A DNA stretch of 63,564 nucleotides, filler included, from Schmidtea polychroa (taxonomy: Eukaryota): the NCBI GenBank assembly GCA_044892525.1. It is 5 parts of 3 records of this genome, joined end to end, with 100 filler letters (N's around TTAATTAATTAA, not from the genome) between each part and the next. Parts side by side here need not be neighbours in the genome. Positions count along the whole stretch, not along the records: positions 24,816 to 51,042 come from CM097886.1; 4 more parts are not named here. One strand, written 5' to 3'. The notes under the pieces are model-generated. The model was not told the origin of the DNA. It ran no database searches and saw only the letters and a program-made list of their open reading frames with translations. The position numbers were made by a program, and so were the translations under genes. Position 1 is the first letter of the stretch. Each line of letters opens with the position of its first letter. This document shows positions 36,994-49,645 of the stretch, piece by piece.

Positions 36994-39900
36994 AGTTAAG
37001 TTTTCACATTATATTTCAATGAACTTTGACCTTCACATGAATGCGCATGAACATAAATGGTTCAAAATAACTTCCATATAAATAATATTAATCGGCGCCA
37101 TGAAAGTTATTAATGAACAATATATAATGAGGATTCGATGTTACCAAAGGATTATTGTCAACTCCATTCATGAGGTTGTCCCTAGCTTGGAAGCGAGTCT
37201 TATAAGAGAGGAACGTTTTACTGTTTGTTTTAATTATCTTAAATAATTCTTCACAAAGATAAATTGTTCTGTTTTAAGTTCTAAATAGTTCAATGAGAGG
37301 GAACATGGGAAAGGGGTAAGAGAGGTTTTCATTCAATTCAAGGATTACATTTACATATCCAAATAAATAGTGAGTGAATATATATGCAGAGAGTAGAGAA
37401 TAAATGATGCAAGATAACGGGATCACCTCATATAATAAAACCTGAACAAATATTGACAATTAAATGCAGATCATATTGATATTTATGTAATCACTTGTGA
37501 AACTTTGTGTCAAACATGAATAAAATTATCATTTATTTGGATGTCTATATGGAATAATGCTATGCATACTTTAGATGCTAGGTATATTTGGGTGGATGAC
37601 CCTTTATGATATATACATGTTATATGATGGATAAAATTAATATCTAATTCAAACATTATAATTTAAAATTTTTTATTATAAAGAATTTAAAATTAACGTA
37701 ATTTGAAATTGTTTCAATAATACTTATTTATTGGAATATATATTTTGAACTATTTCTTATCTTATAATTTCATAGATATATAACTTGGCGTCACGACAAA
37801 AAAGGAATGCTTACAAGAATTTATATTTAATGAAAGGCTCTCAAAGTTGAAAGTCTTCAAAAGATACAGTAACGAAAAGATTGAAGAACATTAGAAGAAA
37901 GTACAAGATTTTGTAAAGCAGTTAGGGGAACATAATTTTGTAACAGCAGACAAAGAAAAAGAGGTTTTCCTAAAGTATTTCGAAGAAAATGTAATAAAGG
38001 AAGTAGACTGCATGGCAGAGAAAGATGCAGAAAAGTCAATAGAGTGGTACACCGATAAGATTACGAAATTACTGAGTGAAAAGAAGTCGAAAACCTCGGT
38101 TATAGTCAACATATTAAATGATACAATACAAGAAAGAAACGAAAGTACCGTTAATTTTGTCAAAAGAATATGATTACGATGTGTGGCGTACGAGGGAGAC
38201 AAAGAAAGAATGATGACTCAAGCTTTTATCGAAGGTTTACAGCATAATTTTTTTAGACAGCCGAAAACATTAGAAGAAGCTGTGGAAAAAATATAGGCGG
38301 AAGACAAAGGTATGACAACAATGGAAGAAGGACATCAGCTCAGGAATTTCAGTTCCTCGGGTCAAGGAACAATAGTCGCATTAAAGAAAAAAATACAAAG
38401 ATTAAAGCAGATTATAGAAAGTTTGAAGGCGAAAGGAATGCGGCTTGGAAGCGATGCGACTCTTACAAGAATGGCGATTCGTAAGTGTTACAAATGTAAT
38501 GAACTATGTCACTTAACCCGATTCTGTAAGAAACAAGAATGGTTAAAACCAAAAGAAGAACGAACTTGTTACCAGTGCGGCAAGAAAGGTCACATTTCAG
38601 CTAATTGCCGAGGTAATATGAACGGCGCAAAGCGTGGAATAAAATTTTTCAAGTGTGGTGGAGCGCACCAAGCAAGATTTTGCGATAAAATGAACAAGTT
38701 TAGGTAACTCTAAGAGGAATGTGTGGAGGATATAAGAGCTGAAATTACAGATACAATAAATTTGAAAGAACAGGAAAATAACTGTGCCCCAATGACAAAG
38801 GATAGTTGGAGTGAGTAAAGAACAGAAAAGATGATAAGAGGTCTTGCAACAAAACTAGCATTGGAAGAAAAATATGCTAACTTTATTAATGGTGAAGGTA
38901 AAAAATCAAAGAAACAACTGAGAAAGTAGGAACCAACGCTGATTCCTGTTAACAGACCTGAGAAGGCCTGAAATAAACCAGTTACAGAATGTGTGATTGG
39001 GAATCGGCAGGTGAAAGTCATGTTTGATTCAGGAGCTGATCTGAAAGTTATAAGTCAAGAGTTAGTTGAAGATATTGTCAAAGATAACCCAGCACTAAGA
39101 GTTTACAATTCAACGACAAAAGTCACATGCGCTAACGGAAGTACAGTGCAATGTACCGGTAAGGTTAAGTTAAATATTTCAATTGGACTTATATTAACGA
39201 GTCATGTTTTGACATTATGCCTAATACATTTCCAGATATTTATATAGGACTTAGAAGCATGAAGAAATACGGAATTATTATTGATGCAGCAAATGACGGA
39301 ATTGAATTGCAAGGGATTAAGATTCCATTTTTATCTAAGATAATTCCTGCTTCAGCTTTAAACGAATGACAACAGTACTGGGGAGTCGGAGTGCGGTTGT
39401 GAGGAGAAAGGAGGCTCAGCGAGATTATTATTATAGAGTTATTTTATCAAATAATGTAGAAATGAGCAATGCTGGTGAGTATTTCATCAAAGGTATGGTA
39501 GTTAATGATTGTATGGAGAAAATTGATGATTTTAATGAGATTTGTATATTTAATGGAGAAAGATCGAAGATGGCAGATCGTGACATTTTGAGCTATCTAG
39601 GTCATATCATAAAAAAGGGAGGTGTTAAAGCAGATCCAGAGAAAATCAAAAGTATCAGTTCATGGGAAATTCCAGCATGTAAAAAAGAGTTGAAGTCGTT
39701 CTCAGGATTTTGAAATTACTACAGACGTTTTATTAAAAATTATGCAGACTTCAGATAAATTGAGTGTAGGAAAGGCAGTGAGTATGTTAACGCTGATACA
39801 ATGTCACGATTACCACCATGTGAACAATGTATGATCACCCATGGCGACCCTAAGAAACGGAGAAATGTCAAGGTATACAAGGATGAAGAGGTTGAGGAAA

Positions 39901-40640
39901 ATGACCATGAACCTGAAAGGACAATGAATCAAATAGTCAAGGAAGAGGATGATTAGGGACAAGACAAGGATGCATATTTTCAGTTTATAAAAAATCTGAT
40001 GGAGAAAAATGATTATTTAACTGAAGAAAATCCAAGTAATTTAAAGAATGGCAGTAAAGAACTAAAAGAATTATGGGCTATTAAAACACATTGGAGATTG
40101 CGAGGTGGTTTACTATATATATGCCGGGATGATAAATATTTATTGGTTGTACCAAGAACGGACATAGATTCCATTATTAGGCAGTTTCATTCGTGTTAAG
40201 GGCATAGAGGTATTGAAAAGACAGTTGGAGCCATTAAAATGTATTTTATTGCCCAGCCATGGATGAAGAGTAACGGGAAGTTATTGTAACCTGTAAGGAA
40301 TGTTTGCATAATATAAACTTAAACGGACGAGTTAAGGCACCTTTACAAAACATTGTGGGTGAAAGACCTTTCCAGATTATTGAAATTGACATAACAGGAA
40401 CCGTTAACACAACAACGGGAGGTTACAGATATATACTTGGAATTATCGATTATTTCTCGAAGTATATAAGTTTAATACTAATGGCAACGACAGAAGAACC
40501 TAAGGTTCCACAAGAACTATGGAGAAACTGGATATCAAAATTCGGTGTCCCAGAGAGAATACACTCGGATTGTGGAAATAACTTTCAATCGCAATTTTTC
40601 CTCAAAAACTTTAAAATCTTGGGTATTCAAAAAACCGTCA
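36994..40640 (+). mobile_element. Decayed Gypsy LTR retrotransposon (putative LTR, tRNA-Ser PBS, gag with 3 knuckles, PR, deleted RT/RH, IN)
   Basis: TGGCGTCACGA at 37786. CYKCNELCHLTRFC and CYQCGKKGHISANC plus a third degenerate knuckle. VMFDSGAD; SYLGHII...ADPEKIKSI; NADTMSRLP; HRGIEKT; DYFSKY; FGVPERIHSDCG. The LTR start is tentative. Confidence 0.8.
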
Positions 40641-42860
40641 CTTTATGTTGATGATATTCTTTTAGTGTTTTCCTTTTCAAACTATATGATTGGGCTTCAT
40701 TCCAATATAAAGTTTACAATGGAAGAAGTTAATTCTTTTCTACCCTTTTTAGATTTCTTAGTGGAAAGAATAGTTAATGGTTTTGACCAATAAAGACCTA
40801 TACACTACTTCTAATGAGTTTTGTGATTTTAAATATAATAAAAATATGATAAAGGGTTTTTTTGAGATCGTGGTCATTATCGTCTATGTTTAAAAATCTA
40901 GCAAAAGCATATTCAAGCTTGTTTCTCTTTTGAATAAAGATGAATTTTCAAAGGGCTTAGTGGAAATATTGACTAAGAAAAACATTTGATCGTCTTTTTA
41001 TTGCCCCTAATGTAAACAAAGAAAATTACAATTCATTTAATGATGGTTAATCTTTAAAATCTCATGTTTTAGTTATTCCATATTCGGAAGTGTTAGGGAT
41101 ATTTAAATAATTAATTTATAAATAAAATATATATTGTATTATAAGTATCAAATAATATTATATAGTAAAAGTATAATAAGTATGAATGCTGCCACGCATA
41201 ATTATCATTATTATTAAATTAATTAATTCGCCATTTAAATCGGTTGTTTTAATAAAACCAGATTTAGGCAACAATTTGTATTTTTGTTGAGGTCTCAATA
41301 ATATTTATTGAAACCCAACGTGCACTGGTTATAACTATATAAGATATAAATATGAAAACACAAAGGCCAAATTTGTAACTAAAATTTATTAATATAAAAT
41401 TTTTTACCAATTCAAATTATCGGCTTGAATAACTTCAAAATCAATCTCTCGTTTCCAAACTCTTTTATAATCAATTATTCACTTCAAACTCTTTTTGATT
41501 TACTTTCACGATGCGTGTTGTGTTTTGTGTGTGCGTGTTGTGTTGCTTGTGATAACCTTTAGACGTTTTTGTAGTGTCTGTCTGATTTTTATGCTTTGTA
41601 AGGATTTACCTTCTAAAGCAGTACTAATCGCTTATTTTTTGGGCGAATTTTGTGATTTTTGGTTCAGTATATATACTGAATTTTTGTTTACCCAATCCAC
41701 AGAAGAAAACCCCATTTATTTGTTCTTACACAATACCCACATTCAAACGGACTCAAAACCACTTCTCTTGTTTATTTACCAAATTTTCCTCTCTTCTTTT
41801 TATTTATTCAGAACTCACACATGGGTTATTTCCCAACTGCGACCTTCCTTATTTACTTAATAAATTGTTTCTTTATTTACCCAGATTTTATATTTCCCTT
41901 TTTTGTGAATTATTTAAATGTAATTAAAATATAAATTATTATAATATATTGTACAAAAGGATATAAGAGTATAAATTACTACGTTGTAAAAAAATAAAAT
42001 ATGAATTACTACAATATAAAAAAAATAAAATGTGAATCTATCCAGCATATAAAAAATGAAAGATACAATCTAAAATAAAATATGCAGCTTATACCATATA
42101 CAATAAAATAAAGATGAGGATATAAATTGTTATAAAATATACAATCCCAAAGATTCATTATTGTTAGAAAGATTAAATCACATTTGTCTCTTAATATAGT
42201 AATTGTTAAATCACGCTTGATTGTTTGGGAACAGTCTTCTTTCTGCGAATATATTCACCCGGTATCGATTCGGGCCTGTTTGATAATACTTTGTTAACTC
42301 GAATTTTTCAATTCTTCGACCCCTGTCATCCAACATTTTAAATATATATTTTTAGATAATTGAGCTTTTATTTTTAACAGGAAGATTTTAAAATTTTAAT
42401 GTTTTCTGTCATGAAATCATTAGGCAATTCCAATTTACTTAGAATAGTATTAAGTTTAGAAATAAATTTTAAACCTCAATAAGTTTAGTGTCTGATCAAA
42501 TATATAAGTTTTCGTGTATTGAGTGCAATGCCACATACATTGGAGAGACTTCCTGTCATCTCTGCATGCGAATTCAGGAACATGACAGACTGAAAGGTGT
42601 GAGTCATATAGTTGAGGGTAGGAAAATGTGTAAAGTTGCAACTGATTTAAAATCTTTAAATTTTATATAAAAATATAATAATAAGAGAGAAAGAATTTTA
42701 TGAGAGGCTTTGGTTATTAAATTACAACCCTCACAATTAACATTCATTCATCAACTAATTTATTGAGAATAAATAACTGTATAACCATATATAACTGTTA
42801 ACATAGATTATGATGGCAGTCTGATGGTGAGGATAATTTCCTTGAAATGTACTTCGTTTG
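40640..42860 (+). mobile_element. Penelope-like element relic (RT C-terminal part, then GIY-YIG endonuclease), interrupted
   Basis: YVDDILLVF...LHSNIKFTMEE...LPFLDFLV (PLE-type RT) at about 40645-40790. IYKFSCIECNATYIGETS...RIQEH (GIY-YIG) at about 42500-42600. An unrelated AT-rich repeat lies between them. Confidence 0.75.
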
Positions 42861-43289
42861 CTTTGCGTTTTCAAGTTTTTATATACATAAATATTTATTA
42901 TATTTGTAAATTTTACTTATGTTTTTATTTCAAAAATTTACTAAAATGCAAATAATACAATAATACAATTTTTGCTGTTCTAGAGCAATGGTTTCCACAG
43001 TGCGTCCCGCAGGTCCAATGTGGCCATCGAACTGTTGAAATGTGGCTTGCAAACCCCCAATGTAAGATCAAATATCTTAATTTAATCTTAATCTTGTATT
43101 TTTATTAAACAAAAGTTCAGTTCAAATGAATTAGAGCCAAACGCAAATCTATTTATACTTTGGACTTCAGAGATTCATATAAAAACAAATTTTAAGCAAT
43201 AGAAAATATAACTTCTCAGTAAAAGCTTCTCTATAAAGAATAAGCAATTGCACTCTACTAAATTCTACCAAATTCAGATTGTTTATATT

Positions 43290-43437
43290 CTTAGATGTCC
43301 GGGACCGCAAGCGCGCTAGAAATGGCCGGGTAATACTTCTAAATCACGGTCGTGTCAGGAATAGTGGATTGAAATTATTCCACTTGAACGAGGAATTCCT
43401 AGTTTGTACACACCACCCATTGCTACTACCGATTGAA
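43290..43437 (+). pseudogene. 18S rRNA gene fragment (3' major/minor domain) with two internal deletions
   Basis: CTTAGATGTCCGGG..CGCA.GCGCGCTA, GGGTAAT, TTCCACTTGAACGAGGAATTCCTAGT and TTGTACACACC.CCC.T.GCTACTACCGATTGAA are universal SSU rRNA landmarks. Confidence 0.9.
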
Positions 43438-43719
43438 CTGGGTTATGAATGTAGGTGAAATATACATGAAAATAAATTATATTGTATCAATTAATAATTT
43501 TAAACTTTTAAATTGAATTAATGAAACTAAAAAATTAAATTATATGCTTATTTCGAGCCAAACGCAAATCTATTTATACTTGTGACTTCAGAGATTCATA
43601 TAAAAACAAACTTTAAGCAATAGAAAATATAACTTCTTCAGGCATATTGTCTTTTGAGCTTTTTTCGCATAATTTTTGTGTTCAGAATCACTATTGTCGC
43701 CCATAATGAAACTGTTGAG

Positions 43720-46700
43720 GTCCGTAAATTAAAATTGAAAATTTAAATAAAATTTAGAATAATAATTCAAATGGAAAGTAAGCGAGGAAAAAAGGCAAAT
43801 AAAAGCGGGATCGTGCACAGAATCAATAGTAAAGGAAAAAGATGGAAACAGTATTAGAAAATGCCAAAAGCAATTACGAAAGGCGAGAATCCGGAAATCC
43901 GAGAAAAATCAATAAAGGGAAAAATCATCGAAATCGAATGGGAAAAACGGGACAGGTATAGATTAGCTAATGGTCAACAAGATGATGGTTAGGGATTTAT
44001 CAGAAAAAAGTTAGGAAGGGTCGAAAAACATTCAAATGCATGAAAACAGAAAACGTTAATTAATTAATTAATTGGCTAATGGAAAACCCGAGCTAATGGG
44101 AAACCCGAGCCAATGGAGAACCCGAGAGATAAAGGAAACCCGAGCTGGGTAAACAAGAAGAAAGGCAAACAAAAGGAAGATTTGGGCCCATTAGCTTGAC
44201 ACAATGATTAATGGGAAAAGAGTAAGGAGAAGATAGCGCGCGTAGGAAGACCGGTAGGGCCATTAATTATCTGGATTCGTTGGACCATTATGGGTGACAG
44301 CCGAAGCAAACACATAGGAGAAAATGTCAAACGAAAGATTAGCTCGGCAATAACCATTTGTCATCCTGATTTCGAGGAGTATATAAGCAAGGGGAAAATC
44401 AGAGAAAATCGGCATTTTGCCTCAGGTAGGGTAAGAAGAATCGAGAATAGTCGAGAGGTAAAAAACGAATTTAGGGAAGTAGGGAAAAGAAGAAATAGAA
44501 TTAAGAATACGGAAAGGCAGAAAGGGATCAAACCAAAGAGAAACCGAGGAAAAAGAGAGTCGAGAGAACTAAAGGAACAAAAGGTGAATATTGTTTGTTG
44601 GCAAAGCATCAACGCCGAGCGGAGAATCGTATAAAACTTTGATTGGTAATTGTAGCGTGATAATAAATTGTGAACTTGTTGGTTCAATATACGTTGGGTC
44701 GTTCATTATTTTAATTTAAAGAACACCAGGAGTCAGAGAGAACCGACTTGAAATAATCCAAAACCCAACAAAACTACAAATTGAATATCCTTTTAATTTT
44801 AATAATAATAAAATAAAAAATACGAAAAAATTATATTTATACTTTAAATTAAGAAGTCTAAACTTTATATAAAAAACAAAAAGTATAAATTATTATTGAT
44901 GCCTAGGAGAATTTCTAAAATTATTGTCTCTTTTATTTGTTTTCTCAATTCGAATATATGTATTAGTATACTATTAGTATATTTCAGCACATTGTATTTG
45001 GTATATGTTACAAGTCGGTACTAGGTTCTGACTCCTCGGTGTCTCTATCCAAATAAATCAAACAACCCAACACATAAACGTTTATTCAAATTATCACAAT
45101 AGTTTACAAAACTTTATATCGACACGATTTCCAAAGACACATCAAATCTAACAATTTTCAATAACAATATCAGTCTGCGCAGTTTTCAATTTTTAATTTC
45201 TTTTAATATTCTCTCGCGCTGGGATATATTTACTATGAGAAATCTCTGTTCTGATACGCAAAAAATACAAAATTATGGGTTCGCACTAAGTTAAGTTATC
45301 TAAGTTATCTGTTCGAAGGACTCTATTCTTGGCCGCTTTTAATCGCCTAATTTAGTGCTGTGGATATTGGTTCGAGATTTGAATCTCGTGAACCACCCAG
45401 TGCTTGCCAAAAAAATTTATTAAATGATTTTTTGCACCTTAAAATCAGAAAAACTCAAATCTTCCTTTTTCGCATAAGGTTGGGTAAGGCTGTCTTCAAT
45501 GCGTTTAATTACGTCCATTTTTGTCTTCAGGCATATTGTCCTTTGAGCTTTTTTCGCTTAATTTTTGTGTTCAGAATCACTATTGTCGCCCATAATGAAA
45601 CTACAAATTGAATATCCTTTTAATTTTAATAATAATAAAATAAAAAATACGAAAAAATTATATTTATACTTTAAATTAAGAAGTCTAAACTTTATATAAA
45701 AAACAAAAAGTATAAATTATTAATTTAAAGTATAAATATCTAAAATAAAGTTCAATTATTAAAGAGCCATAAAAATATAATCATACCTTTTTATTTTTCT
45801 AAAAAACAACGAAAACAAACTCGTAAACCATTTCAGACACACACAATAGGCTGCTCGCGTACATAGTAATAGAATAATACAACTTGTAAAAGTGTTGGGA
45901 TATTGAGTTGATGATGAATTTAAATATTACTCTGACTCCAAACGTGTTTTATACGATTCAATTATAACACTTGACAACAGAAATCTTTATCATAAATAAA
46001 CTTTAACTTTACACTGACAATCAATACAACACTCTGCTTGGAGACTATACAATGCTTATTATAACATTCAGTGAGGAATAGCACTTGCGTATAACACCGG
46101 ATTAAAAGATTACAAATTACTGATTGGTTTATCAACTGGGACTTTGAGTTGGTTGCTTTCTCTGACCTTCTTCACAAATTTATTCAAAAACTCAAGTAAC
46201 TTCTTTGTTTTATTTTTCACTAATTCTTTTCTTCAGCTCTTCTCCAATAATTATTCTCCACAATCGTTTTCTTTACAATTATTTTTCACAATTATCTCTC
46301 AAACAACGTTTCGTCCAACGTTGTCTAACTTTTCTCCAATAATTTTATCTTTCAAATTGTCTCCCAAATTGTCTAAATTTCGCGGCACTGTTTGTCTCTG
46401 ATAGTTTCTCTTTATATAGCTTGCTTATATTGTGGCACTCAAGATAATCAAGTGTTTTTCCACTTTCTTTCTCCCGCCTTTCCCGACGGTTCCATTTTTA
46501 TCTCTGACGGCTGTCAAGTTATCTTCCCTTTTCCCTTTTTTGTTTAATCGCCTTTTCCCAACAATTCTGCTATCACTGACAAGCTGTCGAGACATGAGTA
46601 TTGTTGTTTTCCCTATTTTCCAAATTTCGAAATTCCTTTTCCTTTTTGTACTAATTAATTAGTATTGACCTTGGTTTTTATTTTCATGTATGATTTCTTT

Positions 46701-46750
46701 TGTTTCTTTCCTCTTCCTCATTTTTCATTTCTTTTTGCTTCCGCTTTCTT
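43720..46750. repeat. Cluster of LTR-like relics (same GGAGTCAGA family) in both orientations
   Basis: GGAGTCAGA at 44729 (+), 45027 (-) and 45931 (-). TATA-like TATATAAAGAG on the minus strand near 46415. Four GGAAACCCGAG-like units at 44081-44150. Confidence 0.45.
45340..45602 (-). mobile_element. pogo/Tigger transposase N-terminal relic
   Basis: Minus strand KKAQRTICLKTKMDVIKRIE resembles the CENP-B/psq HTH of pogo-type transposases. Contains a stop codon. Confidence 0.5.
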
Positions 46751-49645
46751 TTCTGAGTCATAGATAAAAATAGATAGATCGTCCCGTTTGTCATGACGAT
46801 CTTCCCCAGGTAATTTTATTTATTTATTTATAAATTATTATTTAGGTATCCTCAATAAAAGTGTGTCTGTTATAAGAATCGCGGCGCCTGCTATCGACAA
46901 AACCAAGGAATTCCACGGCTGAACCAACTGAACCGACGCAAAATGACATTTTCCTGTATACTTAAATAAAATTATATACTTTACATTATGCACCCTTTAC
47001 ATGAAGATGTCATATGTAAGCTGGAAATTTACAACAGATTTATGATTTTTTTCTCAAAAACCTTTCGACCCATTCTGACTTTTGTTATAAGTTTATGGGA
47101 TCCATAAATGTTCCACGAGAGTATCAAAATCATTACTTAAAAACTGGTTGAAATAGAAAATATTTTGAGTTTAATTAATTTTTAAAATTAATCTGAAGTC
47201 AAAATTAAAATTATTTAATTAATCTTTAGTTATGTGAAAATGAAAATAGCCGATAACAGTGAAACAGAATTCAAAGGTATTTTTGGTAGTTTTATAATTA
47301 TAAAAATTTCCACGAAATAAATTATTCATTTATCATAACAAAAATTAAAAAAGAATTAATATCATAAAAATTATATTTATTCAAATTAACACCATGAGTC
47401 CTATTTTGTTTAAAATGATATTAAATTCAAACAGTGTTATTAAAAATATCAAAATTCCGAGGTTAAATCTTTCCCACCAATTCTGGATTGTTAGCTAATT
47501 TATGAAGGTATAAATGATTATAATATATTTTCTAATTTAAAACCGTTAAATATTTTCTATACTTTGAGTAACTTGATTTGATTTCCCTAATATTTTTGAA
47601 GTCCTCCAAAAATTGAAATTTCATTATTTTATGAAAAAAAAATCGTAAGCGGTTTCAGGATTCTTTCATTTATATCCATGGTTGAATATTCAGCTGAATG
47701 TGGATAAAATATTTTCTCATGATTTTCCAAATGTCACAGCAGCAGCACAGTAATGCACGTTTTTATATGGTTACAGAGACTCCTGAATATGGATACATAA
47801 ATAATGGAATTTTCATAAAAATAATAACACTAATACGCAGAATTATTTTTGTATATGCATTCAGCAGTAATAATGAAATTGATGCATAACACAAAACCAT
47901 CCTTACTTTTACAATTTAATTTATATTTATGAATTTATAATATTGATGCTTACTTTTAATAAAGAATTTCTCATAAGTGTAAATGATCCAATTTCAATAA
48001 TAATTGTTATTGATAATGAAGAAGTTGGAACAAGTATTCCATGTTGCGAATAATCGGTATTAATTCATAAGTTTGTTTTCCACTCAGAGTTAATAAATTT
48101 ATTGAAACCCAATTTTTTGTTCTATAATTTTAACTTTCATAGGACCTTGTGGTCATTTTGCTTTGTGCCTAATATTGTTTTGTAATTTTACGATACTGAA
48201 ATACGGAAAATGCATAAATATGAATTTTTAATAACTAAACTTCGCATTGGTTGAAAATAACCCTTAAAACCAATGAGAATAAAGAACGTTACCAATTGGA
48301 CCATTTTGTTTTTCTTATTTTAGTGGTAAAATGAAACCGCAATGCCGTCCAGCCTCCATTCCTCCATCCTTACCTTCCCATCCCTTACATATACAGCCTC
48401 TCGTAACTCATACTCAAACTTTCTTTAAAAATAAAACTTGTAAACTTCATTTATAAATTAGAATTTAGAAATGATTGCCAATGTCAATTGAAATTATTTT
48501 TTGTAAATTCGAATTTAATTTTTTAATAGAATTTGAATCTATAATTTTTTTGAAGATCTTGAATTAAACCCCTTGTGTATTTTAACTGTTTACAACAAAA
48601 TTGAAAATATTCAAAAATAAATATAATATATCATTTTCCACGTCACTTTGATGAAAAAAATTGTAAAAGTGAAAATGTTTAAACTGAAAAAACATACTTT
48701 ATTCTCCAAACAATCAAAATCTTTGAACAATTCAAACCTTAAATTAACTATAACCAAAATTTAAAAATAAAAAGACACGAATCATTTACACGAAAAAGGT
48801 ATTAATTAATTTTAAATTCTAATTCGATATTAGAGTGCCATTCTAAAGTTTTAAATCAATAACATTGTTCAAAAATGTATTCAATGTTCAAAAATGCATT
48901 TAATAAAATATTCCTCCATCAAAATATTCAAAATTGATTTTAATTTGTGAGACAAGTGGTTCGCTAAAACATTTATATCTGTAAGTTAATCTAATCATTA
49001 GATTGTTAAAGCTGTTTACTAAGGTTTGAATTTGAAACACCTTGAAGGTGAACTTGATGGGAAGATTGTTATTTTTTCAACTGAATGACTCTAATATTAG
49101 ATAGAAATCAGTGACAGGTTACTAAAATGTGATGAGAAAGCGGATGGCAGGGATGGACTGATTGCGACATACTTCAATGAGCTGAAAAAAAATTTATAAA
49201 AAATTGCCAAAAATGCTATATCAACAATTTTTTTCATAGTTTGTCTTCAGCTGTGTTTAAGTTTGAAGATTTAATAATACCCTGGAGAAATAGGAAAATT
49301 TACCGCTGAACAAATAAATTCTTCGTCTTGAATATTGAAGTTTTGAATATGGGTTTTATTTTTAAAACGGTTTGTTCTGGCATAAATAGATTGAAATATT
49401 AAATGTAAGAAAGGCCTAAACACGAGACTTATTTAAATCTTTCAATACGATTTTTTTTAATTCATAAAAATGTTATTTCACATAAGATTTATCGTCAACT
49501 AAGTATGACAAATAATTATGCAGGAATAGACTTCTCTACAGATATATGATGGTGCAGTACTAAATTCCTAGATCCCAGTACATTTTTTATATATCTCAGA
49601 ACTTGTCTGGGACAATATGCTCTTACAGGATTGAAAGGGTTAAAC

